NCBI GenBank assembly: GCA_951406725.2
Contig: OX597815.1
Coordinates: forward strand, 136,648,001 to 136,712,000
Source: Octopus vulgaris
Taxonomy: Eukaryota
Direction of reading: 5' to 3'
DNA length: 64,000 nucleotides
Shown here: positions 39,117-53,998 of the stretch, piece after piece
How the letters are laid out: each line of letters begins with the position of its first letter
Numbering within the stretch: position 1 is the stretch's first letter
Position numbers and translations under genes: made by a program
Notes under the pieces: model-generated
Told to the model about the DNA's origin: nothing
Databases searched by the model: none
Seen by the model: only the letters and a program-made list of their open reading frames with translations

Positions 39117-40483
39117 CATGCTTCGGTGTGTGAATCAGTGCATCAGGCGAAAATACCTTCTGGTATCTCAACCCTACAGGTATCATTTCATTTTTTTTAA
39201 TGTCTATAAGACTTTCGCCGCCCACCGTAACAAAACTTTCAATACAAATTACTTTGTTTTGTATCATCGAAATGTTATTATATGATATTGTATGGTCGAA
39301 TAATGCAATATTGTAATATATTCGTCCAACAAATAGACGGATGTCATAGATTCTAAAGAATGATATCTGATGATACCTTACTCCATAATATCAGCGCCTC
39401 CCTACTAACTTATGCCAAATATCCAATGGTATTTTGATGTGATTGATCATTGATTTTTCTTAACTCAATCATATATGTCCGTCGCTGTGAAATTCATTAG
39501 AATTAAAATAGAAGAAAACATTTCAGTATAGATGTTTTATGCTTCTTGAACGAAGGATTAGAACTTGAATAGATATTTAGAAAGTGAAATTTAGAAAAGT
39601 TGTTCACAGTCGTGCTAGCATTTTTTCTAAATCTTATGAAATTCATTTTATTTGTTTCTGATAAAAATCAAATATTTTTTTTAACAGCATCGCTGATTTG
39701 GAAAAATCAGATGAGCATGGGACAATTTGCAATGATAATTTTTTATCTCTGAGTGGACTATATATCAATGATTGCTAAGAGATATATCCCTAGGCACTAG
39801 GATGGAGGAATACGAAATACAGATAGTCCGACTGTTATCGACTCACACACAAGTATATATTCTATCGAAGGGAAAAGAAAGGCTGTATTTGCATAAAATC
39901 GAGTTCTATCATTTGTTCCTCAACCTATTCTTATATTCTTCAAGCCCTTCTTTCTAACCAACCATGGAGATAGTAATGCATTAGCATTTAATGATTAGTC
40001 TGATGAAATTAGAAAAAAAAAGAAAAAATGCTTCGAAGTTTTCCATAATCTGTCAATACAATTCACATTTGCACCAAAAATGTAGAAACCCTGCAGAATA
40101 TTCTCCTAGAAAACAAAGTGAAATGAAATACAATAAATTAATCAAAACTCCTGTTTTTGATTAAAGCTTCTTAAACATTAATTTATATGATAATGCTCTC
40201 CACACATGCAAATATTTAAGGAGATGTAAATTTCTCTATAGATGCGCATATATGTGACAGGTTTACATATCTAATCAATAGTATTTTGTGCGTGCACATA
40301 TAATTTCTATTTAGTATAAAGATGTATTCAATGAATAAAATGTTGGATTCCAATAGAAAAAAAATTATGCAACATAAGTGAACCCTAATATCCATTAGTT
40401 AGGAAAGGCTAATCTGAAGATTTCACTTTTATTCATTTATGCTATATATATATATACACATATGCATATGGCTATGTGCGTGT

Positions 40484-40542
<59 letters not shown>

Positions 40543-40622
40543 CATACATACATACATACATACATACATACATACATACATACATACATACATACGTACA
40601 TACAGAGATAGATAGATAGATC

Positions 40623-40699
<77 letters not shown>

Positions 40700-40700
40700 G

Positions 40701-41497
40701 TGGGAGTACCCAAAAGAAACCGAACTTTTACAATATTTTATTCGCTTAGTTTTAAATATTTACTTATTATCGCTTTCAAAGTATTCTCCATTTGAAGCAA
40801 TACATACGTCCAGGCGCATTTTCTACTATTCGTAGCAGGGCTGGAGCTCTGCCGAAGTGAATTTTTTAACGCATCTGTGGGTTTTTTCTTTACCTCTTTC
40901 ACATCAGCTTCCGTCACCAGTGATGACCTTCGAAAAAATGGTCCGGATCAACTCCCAACTGTTCTTTCAGTCCAGAAAACGCATTCAGTCATGACTGCTT
41001 TTGATTTTCCGTGAGCAAGCGAGACACAAATTCTTTACGGTAATTCTTTTCATTCATAAACCCTCCCTCAAAAATCGTTGGTAGGAGCTCCAGGAGACAC
41101 TAGTCATATCAACAATGTTGTCAATTGTTCGGCAACGGCCCTCTAAGATCAGTTCATAAATTTTCGTGATGTTTTGATTCTTTCGGGAAGTCGACAGTTA
41201 CTCTGAATGACGTTGGTTTTCAAACTATAAGTGACCATTACTAAAGCGTAATAACCCCTCGTAACCTTGTGTCTCGCTGGTGGCAGCGTCCTTTTAAGCC
41301 CTTTGAGGCATGACAACTATTTCGGTCGCTGTTTTACCCAACAAAAAAGAATCACAGTGCAAAACAAAAACCACACTACTCGATGCTAATCGGCAGACTG
41401 ATGCCTGTGGGTCGCATCAAATGGCTTTTCTAGCTGTGGAAGCCTGAACTGCTACGGGTTTGTCCCACAGAGAACGTTTCCGGTTACTTTTGTGGGT
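40701..41497 (-). mobile_element. Decayed mariner-type element
   Basis: Decayed TIRs (CCCAAAAGAAACCGAA / TTCCGGTTACTTTTG); minus strand LLGKTATE, FFEGHHW*R-type segment, C-terminal CIASNGEYFE. Confidence 0.7.
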
Positions 41498-43629
41498 GAG
41501 AGAGAGAGAGAGAGAGATTGTGTGTGTGTGTGTGTGTGTGTGCGTGCTTGTGTGTATGTGTGAGTTTCCAGAAAATTTTAATCAGACGGTAATGATCACC
41601 CCTAAATCTTTACAAAATAGGTCATTTGTCTAAGTTGCTGAGTCGTGGTATAGAAATAAGAAGCACGTTGTTCTTAAGCTTTTTTGCTTTCATACGTCCA
41701 GGCGCATTTTCGACTATTCGTAGCAGGGCTGGAGCTCTGGCGAATCACTTTTATAATCACTTTTATTCGTAGAAATTTTCCTGAAATCTTCGTATTTGTA
41801 TACAATTTCCTACTGGCGCAACTTATATCGAACAAGTTGTGAACATTAGGCTAAACAGTGAAATTAGAACGGAATAACCTTGATTCAACACTTACCTTAA
41901 CTATTTATAATTCTACACTGCATCTGCAAAGTGGCATTTATTTACAGCTCAGCTAGACGCATGGGCATTACCGACTCTACAATTTTATTTTAGCACCTGA
42001 CCCTAACGTACATGTCTTGTCTCCCTCATTTTTCACTGCTACCATAATGGTCTCCGGAAGTAGCTTGTTCAATACCTCATTCACTTAGGTACGCCCAACA
42101 CACTCGTCTTCCCAACTCTCCCTTTTTGTGTCCAACGGCCTGAACTTGCACCAAATATTATGAGTTCTTCCTTTTTTAGATCTTCGGCCACCTGTAATCT
42201 TCTCTTTGCTAATGTCTTTATTGTAGGTGTTTCGTTGCAACAGTATAAACAGAATATTAACGGCATTACTCTAACTAGTTTTGGAAGGCCTAGAAATGGT
42301 CATATCGTTAAGTGATTCTTCTTCCAAAGACTGTGCTTAAAAAAGAAAATGTCTATAACACGTTAATTCGGCTGCCTATTATTCATTTTTGTTTTCATCA
42401 CTTTCTTTCCCGTGATATTAATGTTTAAGATAATAATAGACATACACTGTTGCAATATTGTGTCGAACAGTTAATTAGTGTGGGGTTGTGAATTGTAGTC
42501 CAGTAGGACTACAATTTGATTCATTGATATTTTTATTGTTTATATGTAACCTCATACAAATCAGTCTTACGATTAAGGGATTTCCAGCCATAGAATTTCC
42601 CTGTTTAAAAGTATCATTTGGTGTATCATATCTTTTATTATTTGACGTATCATTTGCCTTATCAAAAGGAGAGATATGGTATAAGGGAAATTTGACTGCT
42701 ATTGCAAACAAGACGTGTGACCACACTGAATCTCCGTCGTTATGTAGTGATTTCTATATATGTTAGCTACGAAAAGAGTTCATTTAATTGTTTTCCAAAA
42801 TTAACTGAAGAATTAGAATATTGCAAAAGAATGGTTTACTCTATTACTATATTTTCGCAATATATCAGGCCTCTAATTGCTTAATAAACAATGGAAGGCC
42901 CTCCTCTCAATGAAGTAAATTTGGCCTCGTTTGTGATCAGTTGTATCTTTGAGGTCTCAGCTGTAGAAAGTTTGAAGTATCTGAAAATATGATTAATATA
43001 ATCATACTAGGAGGGTAACATACTCAGAGGTTCGTAAAAACAGTATGTTGCAAATAAGTGCAACTACTATTACATAGAAGTATATTCCATTAAATTTTCT
43101 CGTGGGCGATGGTACAGTGTAATTATGATGCAGTAAAATTATAATTTCATTGTATCATAATCATGATGTGATTACTATGTTATTTGTCTGCATAATGAAG
43201 TGTGATTTCTTTTAAATCTTCCCACCGGTGCCGTTGTATGGCTTCAGCATCTGATTAAACTACACAGTGATCTGAACAACAGTATCCATACGCTGGATGA
43301 TAAGTTTCTGCGTCAAAGAAGACTGCTACGCTAAAAGACAATATTCCAGAGTAAATGTATTTACTGTTAATATAAATAGTTTATACTTCCGTTCCAGTTG
43401 TTGCAAATACAGATTACGATAGCCTACTGACTCCACTTGCTGTTCACTGTTAAATTCTATATGTAATTCTACATTCAAAAGTATTCTTCTGCACTTTGCT
43501 CTCTTTAAAACACGTTAACACTTGAATTTTCTTGATAAACATTATTCTGTCTCTTATCTTTTATTATATGTGTGTCTATGAAGTTACGTATCAAAAAGGA
43601 TTAGAGATCCTTCCTGATTCATAAAGCTC

Positions 43630-43825
43630 ATTAGGTCGGTTTACAGGATTCTATGCCCTTTATATTCCCACATTGCGGGGCTCCGTGATAATATTATATA
43701 TCCTTGGCAGCTGAGTGGATTAGAGCAACGTGAAATGCACAGAATGCATCGCACGGCCCAGGGATCGAAAATACAATCTTACGATCATTTGTAAAATACC
43801 TTAGCCACTAAGCCACTCGCCTCTA
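43630..43825 (-). mobile_element. SINE family C, degenerate
   Basis: CAGCTGAGTGGATTAGAGCAACGTGAAAT..CTTAGCCACTAAGCCAC matches 7100-7220. Confidence 0.7.
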
Positions 43826-44520
43826 CGTAAGTATGTCTGCAAGTATATGAGTGTGTTTGTGTATGTGAGACAGAGAGAGGTGGAGAGAGAGAAATTGTAA
43901 AGTTACACTACTACTATTCATTTCATTTTTCATGACACCATCTCTAAAACAGCCCTTCTCTCAATGAGGCAGACTTTGCCTTGTCTGTGAACAGTTGCAT
44001 CTTTGAGGGCTCATCTCTCAACAAATTTTAACATGTCTGAAAGGGAACTATCTACTTTTATCTAACATAGTTTATGACCCGCTTTGCTCTTTTCCACACA
44101 AGTACACTAACCCGCATAGTAATTATACTTTTTCTCGACCATTGTCCACAAGTACAGGTAGTACACTCCCTTCCGTGTGCATGATAGTGACCTTAAAATA
44201 CTATCGTGTATAAGCAAAAGCAAATAACACATTGATGACTGATGGGGCAGTTTTATTTTACGCACTATTGGGTAACCAATTATAGACAAACCTACAATGT
44301 TTCCCTTCACACCAAGTAGAATTGTAGAATTGGTGAAATTACCATTTTGACACCAGCAGCTTTTTTTATTTAATCTGCAGCAGTTCTAAATGAATGGACG
44401 TCGAACAATCATCGTTTCAGATGTTTTAGAAAAAATAACGCTTGTACCAATTATTTAAACATTAAGACCAATAGCAGCAGTAGAAGCAGAAGCAGCAGCA
44501 GCAGCACCAGCAGCACCAGC

Positions 44521-44554
<34 letters not shown>

Positions 44555-45212
44555 ATTGTGGTTGTGGTGCTGATGGTGGTGCTGGTGCTGATGGTGGTAC
44601 TGGTGCTGGTGGTATAAAGGCATCGAGCTTCCAGAATTTTTAGCGCATCGGAAAAAGTTAGTTACTGGCGTTGATGGTATCGACTAACCCACTCCGCTCA
44701 AAACTACTGGTCTTATGTATAAATTAGAAACGCTTATAACTCAGATTAATACTATTCCTTTTCCTATTAATTCCAAAGGGTATTTACATGCATTTAGTGT
44801 TCGATGACTACTTCAGACAGAAATATGATGTAAAACTCCCCAGAGGTAATGTTTTACTAATTTACACTATGTCGCAAACACTATTGATCATTAAAACATC
44901 TCCACCAATTCTCTGTACCTACTTAATATTTCCCTTAATTTTCTTACAAACCTTCCTTCTGAGGGCAACATTACCTCTTCCAATATATTTTATATGTTTT
45001 TTTTCTTTTTCCTTGTCACACTTAAATATTACGCAAACTACACAATATTTATTCAGCTAATCTCACATTCACTTACTGTCACTTCATAATATTCACCCCC
45101 TATATTATTTGATACAAATCCGTCTGCGGATATGAGTATTTCTATTTTTCCCCCTTCTCCGCTCTTCTTTTAAGTAGTCCTCTGCCTATATCTCGCTGTA
45201 CCCACCTCCTAA

Positions 45213-45248
<36 letters not shown>

Positions 45249-45282
45249 CATCATCATCATCATTATCCCCATCAATTCCTGC

Positions 45283-45347
<65 letters not shown>

Positions 45348-45464
45348 CATATATATATATACACACACAAAAAAACAACACATACATATATATATATATA
45401 AATACATATATATATATATAATATATATATATATAAACAACACACATACATATATATATATATA

Positions 45465-45609
<145 letters not shown>

Positions 45610-46610
45610 CATATATGTATGAGTTATGCGATTGTGTAGGTATACGTGTGTGTGTGTGTGAGTGCGCATATGTAGAAATATATTTCATATTTGGTATATG
45701 AGAGGAGCAGAAACAGACGATAAATGAGTTTCATAGACCAGCAGACATTACACATTCGTAAATAAGTATACGAAGAGGCAGACAGATAAACAGATACGTT
45801 ACATTACTTATAGTCCGAGACTGATAAAAATGACTTCATTGGTTGACCACACTTTCTTTTTTGTTTCCTTTTATTTCTATTTTCTTTAATGCTTCTGTCT
45901 TAATTTTTCCCTTTCACTTAGTTGAAATTATTTAATACTAGCATTAACATCTCTCAAATTCTTATTTACGATATTTCTCTCCCTCCCATCTCTCTCTCCC
46001 TCACTTATATAAACGCACCCCCCCCCCCACACACACACATACATTCAGTTTTTCTTTATTTATTGCCTTAGATGCTGATATTTGTTTTTTTATGCGTTCG
46101 TCTCACTTTTTCTCATATGTCTTATTTTTGTTTAAATCAATATTCTCGCTTCTTCCATCAGTCTCCCTAAACATTTCTTCCACTCTCCCTATTTCTATGA
46201 CGTTTCAATTTATTTGTCTTCACCTAAACATTTCTCTCTAATTTTTCCCTATCTTTCGCTATTTAATTCTCACTATAATTCATTTAACGTGGATATGTCT
46301 TGAGCAATATGATTTCGTAGCGACGAGCTACAGGGAAATTAATATAATGTTTCTGCCTCAGATCTTCCATTTTGAAATACTGTTATTGCGAGTCATCAAC
46401 ATTGATTTTCTTTACGCATTGAGCCCCAAATTACTGTTTATATGATTTCACACTTAGGTAATTATAGAACATTATGACACCCTCTTGAATATATATATTA
46501 TTTGACAAAGAGATAAACAGATATACATAAATCAAAGACATTCAGGGCAGTAGCTACCACTATCTCTCACAAACACATGTATACATACACATATATGTGT
46601 CTGCATCTAA

Positions 46611-46652
<42 letters not shown>

Positions 46653-46728
46653 CACGTACGCACACACACACATATACACACATAGTAGGTATACATGAAT
46701 AACAAATAACCGATAACAGAGATTTATA

Positions 46729-46790
<62 letters not shown>

Positions 46791-47989
46791 TATATGCACA
46801 TGACCCTTAATTATAATTTATATATATATATAATATTCATACATATATATGTGTATATGCCTGTTTGTGTATGTACATACACATATATATCAAACCTAAA
46901 GAGGTTTCAATCAGTGGACCATTCTAACTTATATTTCGGTATATATCCTGTCTCGGTATCGTTTAATTGTTATGGAAGCTGTCATTTGTGTTTTTGGCGG
47001 GATAATTGTGAATAAATGAGAAGATGTTGAGCTAGGAAATTTTGCGCTAAAGCTGTCAAGTGATGTAAACTTAGCTTTCTTGGCACGAGTTTATAAATGT
47101 TCAGAGATTTTCAACATTATGCTATCTTAGTCTTAATAAAGTTGTTCTAAGATTTTCTTCATCATGCGCATAACGTTATGGCCATATCGACGATGAGATT
47201 TATTGAGCTCAACATCACTTTCTGATACTTCCATGTTAAACGTAAACAGTTAAACAGGAAGCTTAATTGTCACTGTCTTCCGGCGTTGTGACTCTTATGC
47301 TTTTGCCTCAGTGTACTCAACTGTAATGAATACCAGCTGCTGCTGAGTTTACCCCACCACTCATATTACGTCGATCGTGAGGATACAGAGGGTGTGTCTA
47401 AATCTGCTCAGTACAACATAAGCATCTGAAAGATTAGGGGGAAATGGGTGCACATCATATCATGCGCTCGCGAGTGGTGGCTGATAGAACCGTTAAAGTT
47501 ACATTTATGATTTTCGTTGGGCAAGCTGAATAGAATTCTATGTTGTTTGTTTACCTATTTTGGATTTTCTTTGTCACTGTTGCATTTAAAGAACGTTAAA
47601 TTATTTTTAATTCCTTTTAATTCTTGAAAAGATGTTTATTTTAATGTATGTAACTTAATCTGTGTATATTCAGATGGACTACATGATTCATGGCATAATA
47701 TTACACATAGAAGGCATAGCTGTGTGTGGTTGAAAAGATCAATTTACAACCACATGGTTTCCCTTTCAGTCCCACTGCACGGCAGCATGGGATTCTGCTA
47801 CAGCATCAGACCAACCAATACTCTGTACGGGAATTTGATTGACGTAAATTATATGTGTGTGTGTGCGTGTGTGTATGTGTGTTTAAACACACATACACAC
47901 ACACACACATATATATATGTATATATATATAGAGAGAGATATAGATAGATATAGATATGGATATAGATATATATACATATATATATATA

Positions 47990-48037
<48 letters not shown>

Positions 48038-48059
48038 CAGACAGACAGACAGATACATA

Positions 48060-49425
<1,366 letters not shown>

Positions 49426-49599
49426 TCAATAACGCACTCATTGTTAAATGAATTTTGTTAATCAGATAGCACAAATGCAATTAGAATAATCACTGATATC
49501 GTTTAGGACAATTTCAAGAAATTCGGAGTATACGGCAGCAAATATGAGAATGGAGAAAATTATGTTTTTTAATTGCTGTTTACCTCGTACAATACCTGT

Positions 49600-49830
49600 T
49601 TCTTTACTACCCACAAGGGCTAAACACAGAGGTGACAAACAAGGACAGACAAACGGATTACGTCGATTATATAGACCCCAGTGCGTAACTGGTACTTAAT
49701 TTATCGACCCCGAAAGAATGAAGGGCAAAGTCGACCTCGGCGGAATTTGAACTCAGTACGTAGCGGCAGACGGAATACCGGTAAGCATCTCGCCCGGCGT
49801 GCTAACGTTTCTGCCAGCTCGCCGCCATTA
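49600..49830 (-). mobile_element. SINE family B variant with a different 3' tail
   Basis: Same head and central domain as 50803 but tail TCCGTTTGTCTGTCCTTGTTTGTC..CCCTTGTGGGTAGTAAAGAA. Confidence 0.85.
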
Positions 49831-50642
49831 CCTCATACAATACCGACGATCGTTTCTGTTGTGTTAGCATATTTCGCTACAGAAAATAACAGTCAAATTA
49901 ATATAACCGAAAATATATATGTTAACACAATGTTATGAAAGCAATCCGAAATTTGTTAAGTTCAATATGAATTAATACAATATCTCAAGTAGACGAACGC
50001 ATTAAAAAGAGCGTTAAGAAGAAATATATTATTCTAAGAAAAGCCAGTTCAGCATTTAACTTTTGATAATAAGGGATAAATAAAAAAGAACAAACTGTAA
50101 ACATAAATTTTACGCCATGGCAATTGGAACTATAGACAATTGGTTTTATTTGTTTCAGTCATTCGACTTTGCAATGCTGGAGCACTGCTTTTAGTCGAAC
50201 AAATGGACTTTTATTGATTTTTCATACTTTATAGTCACATGGCTTTTTGATGGATTTCGATTTCAGTGTTGACTATATTATTTTAATGTTTGTGGATGAT
50301 ATTAATAGTAGCAGTGCATAAGAACCACGTGGTTATTAAAAGAAATAGCCAGTTGCATTTTAAAATATTCTCATTATTTTTATAGCTTTAAAATGTGTTT
50401 AGGTTATATTATACATAATGTTATGTGCTGAATTCTGTTTTTCTTTTATTCTTTGTATACTTGTTTATTTTCAGAACATAGTTTCTGTATGTGTAACCTT
50501 AGTGTTGTGCACTAATACAGTATGGATATATAGTATCACAGAACGGGGTACACACCAACTGTTTCCACATGATGTATTCCCAAATGGCTCGTTCAAGAAT
50601 ATTGCCTTCAGCAGCCTCGGTTTAATTATATTGCACTGGTAG

Positions 50643-51021
50643 AAGGCGGCGAACTGGCAGAATCGTTAGCACGCCGGATCAAATGCTTCGGGGTCGATAA
50701 ATTAAGTACCAGTTGCGTACTGGAGTCGATCTAATCGACTGGCCCCCTCCACCAAAATGTCTTGCTTTATGCCCAGAGTAGAAAAGAATATTGCCCGGGT
50801 AGAAAGGGGACGAGATGGCAGAAACGTTAGCACGCCGGATAAAATGCTTAGTGGTTTCTCGTTTGTCTTTATGTTCTGGCTTCAAATTCCGCCGAGATTG
50901 ACTTAGCTATTCGTCGTTTCGGGGCCGATAATTTAAGTACAAGTTGCGTACTGGGGTCGATCTAATCGACTGGACCCCTCTCCAAAAATGTCGGGCCTTG
51001 TGCCTAGAGTACAAAAGAATA
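50643..51021 (+). mobile_element. Two tandem SINE family B copies (first internally deleted)
   Basis: AGGCGGCGAACTGGCAGAATCGTTAGCACGCCGG..GCCCAGAGTAGAAAAGAAT, repeated in diverged form from about 50803. Confidence 0.9.
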
Positions 51022-51617
51022 TCCTACGACTCCACAAATTCACGAACGCAACCTTTCGAATTGCTGTGATTTCTCATCTCTTGCTCTAAGTCAAACACAC
51101 TTCTACTCATACGAGCTCGACTAGACCATTCTCAAAGGGAGTATCATGATTTTCGGCACAGCATTTGTTATAATAGTTATTATTGTACATTATTTTAAAT
51201 AATTGCAATAAACATTTTTCTCTAAACAAAAATAGAATAACTATAACAATAAAGACAAATAATAAAGAATATAAGAACAGAATTAAATTAATAAGATTTT
51301 ATATAATACTAGCCGTCAATAATGGTGGCTAATTGTAGTATTTTATATATAAATAAGGTACAAAATAAGTACATAATAATCACACATAAAAACATTCACA
51401 TACTTCCCTTCTACACACACACACATACACACATACACTCACACAGAGTTGAAACGCTAATAATTTTTCACCTCTTCCTTCCTTATTCATCTATCACCCT
51501 TCCTTTCTTTCATTGCTCTTATTTTCTCTCACTTCTCAGTCCGGGCTATTACTCTCACTGCTTCTCTTTCCCTGAGTTACTAATTTTTCTCTTCCTCCGC
51601 ATCTGGCGTGATTCTCG

Positions 51618-51669
<52 letters not shown>

Positions 51670-52302
51670 TCCCTCATTATTATATTAGAAAAATGCTTTA
51701 AAGCAATAATGATAATAAGTGAGAGGTATTTAAAATACAACTGACTATTTCTTTTAATAACCAGGTGGTTCTTACTGCCAAATAATTATCCACTACTACT
51801 ATTAATAAACTTCACGAAAGTCCAAATAATATAATCAAACCTGAAATCTACAAAAAGGCCTTGTGGTTATAAAGTGTGAAGAAACAATAAAAAAATATAT
51901 TCTGTAAATAACCACTCTACATCGACCAAAGAACATCTGCGAACTTCAACAGACACTGCTGCTATTGCTGATGAATTTTACTCAACCAATCAGTTGAAAA
52001 AAGCAGCTCATCGAAAAATGTCATGATCTAATTCAAACTAGTAGCGACGAAAAATTCCTTGTCGAAAAAATGTCATACTTATAAACTCTGAAGAGATCGT
52101 ACTTATAATGCATAAATTGTTGCTTATAAATATGCCACAATATCTACTTAAAGCGATTGAACCACGTGCCGGAAAACTATTATGAATAACCTAGCCGGGA
52201 ATCAATATAAACTTTGAATGCTCAAATCATTCATTCTCCTTATTATATATATATGTGTGTCTGTGTGTGTGAGTGTGTACGTATATGTATATGTATGTAT
52301 GC

Positions 52303-52348
<46 letters not shown>

Positions 52349-52487
52349 CATTTATTAGACTATTTGTCTTAGTCATTCCACAGTGATCGTTAGAATTTTT
52401 AGGCTTATACAAATACCGTTATTATTATTTACAGGATTGTAAAACCCGTCACAGTATAACAAAACCATTTGCTCCGAAAGCATACAT

Positions 52488-52567
<80 letters not shown>

Positions 52568-52605
52568 GTATATATATGTATATATATGTATATATATATA
52601 TATAT

Positions 52606-52674
<69 letters not shown>

Positions 52675-52719
52675 GATATAGATATATATATGTACATATA
52701 TATACATATATATGTATAC

Positions 52720-52811
<92 letters not shown>

Positions 52812-53339
52812 TTCCGGTTTTCGTAGAGGAAAGACGTGTTTGCTTTTGCTCTGTGAAAAACAAAAAGGTTTGCATAAATCGACGAAATAATCTACTAAAG
52901 GTAACAAAACGTAGAACTTGTTAACTCATAAAGTCTACTAAAATACATTAATTAAAAATATATTAATTAAAAACGTAATATATTTCGCTTAAAGCCAAAT
53001 ATAATACAGTAAAGTTAGATACGCATGCTAGAATCTTCGCCGAAAAAGCACGTGGTGGCAAGTCTTTAATTTATCGCCAGCCAAATGTAAGAAGGAAAAA
53101 GAATTGTTTTCTTTTCTGTTGTGAAAGAAAACTTCTTCATACAAACACGAGGGTTTGGACTGTACATTTCAAGATAAGTATCGCTTGCAATTGCTTGTTT
53201 ATTAATCTTTTTATTTTCCTTTGATATAAGCTAACATCTCAGTTACGATTTACGACGCCATCTTTGGGAATAACTTTCTTTCAATTTCTGTTTCGCTTTC
53301 ATATGTTTATTTTCCTGTAATTAGTTTAGAATTAAATAA

Positions 53340-53980
53340 TTCCTTCATTTCTTCACTTTCTTCTACTCCCTCTCTCATCCCTTACATATATTCTCCCACT
53401 TCCAGGTACTTTCTCCCTTCCTTTATCTCTCTTTACACTTACCCTTTCCCTCTCTCTTGCATATCTTACTCTTTTTCTCATCTCCCCTCCTCCCTTTCAT
53501 ATCCTCCTCTTCTCTCATTTCTCTTTCCTTTCCATCTCACATCTACCTCTCCTCTCGCGTCCTTACCCTCTCTCTCATATACTTCTCATTCGCCCATTCT
53601 TCTCACTCCGTCTCTCCCTCTCTCTCACATCCTTCATCCTGTCTCTCCTTCATTCTGTCTCTCTTTCTCTTGCTATCCTCTCCTCCCTCTGTTTCTCTTT
53701 CTCTTCCCCTCCTCTGCTTCACTCTGCCTCTCTTTCTCTTCCTCTCTTCTCCTTCACTCTGTCTCTCCTTCTATTCCCCTCCTCTCCCTCTCCCATACCT
53801 TCCTCTATCTTTTTAACACACCACACCCCCTTGCTTTCCTCCTATCACCCTCTCGATTTCTTTCATAGCACCTCTCTCTTTCCTTCTTATCTCCCTCTCT
53901 CTTTCCCTATTTTCCCCTCTTTGTTTCTCCGTCTCTACCTCTCTCTATCCCTCATTACCTCTCTAGCTTCTACTCCCCCT
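53340..53980. repeat. Low-complexity polypyrimidine (CT-rich) tract
   Basis: About 640 bp almost devoid of G on the plus strand, directly upstream of LINE ORF1. Confidence 0.85.
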
Positions 53981-53998
53981 CTGAACCTCAAAACGAAG

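Noticed and set aside
42081-42726. ORFs resembling host exons
   Set aside because: No recognisable domain, frequent stops in adjoining frames, no convincing splice pairs
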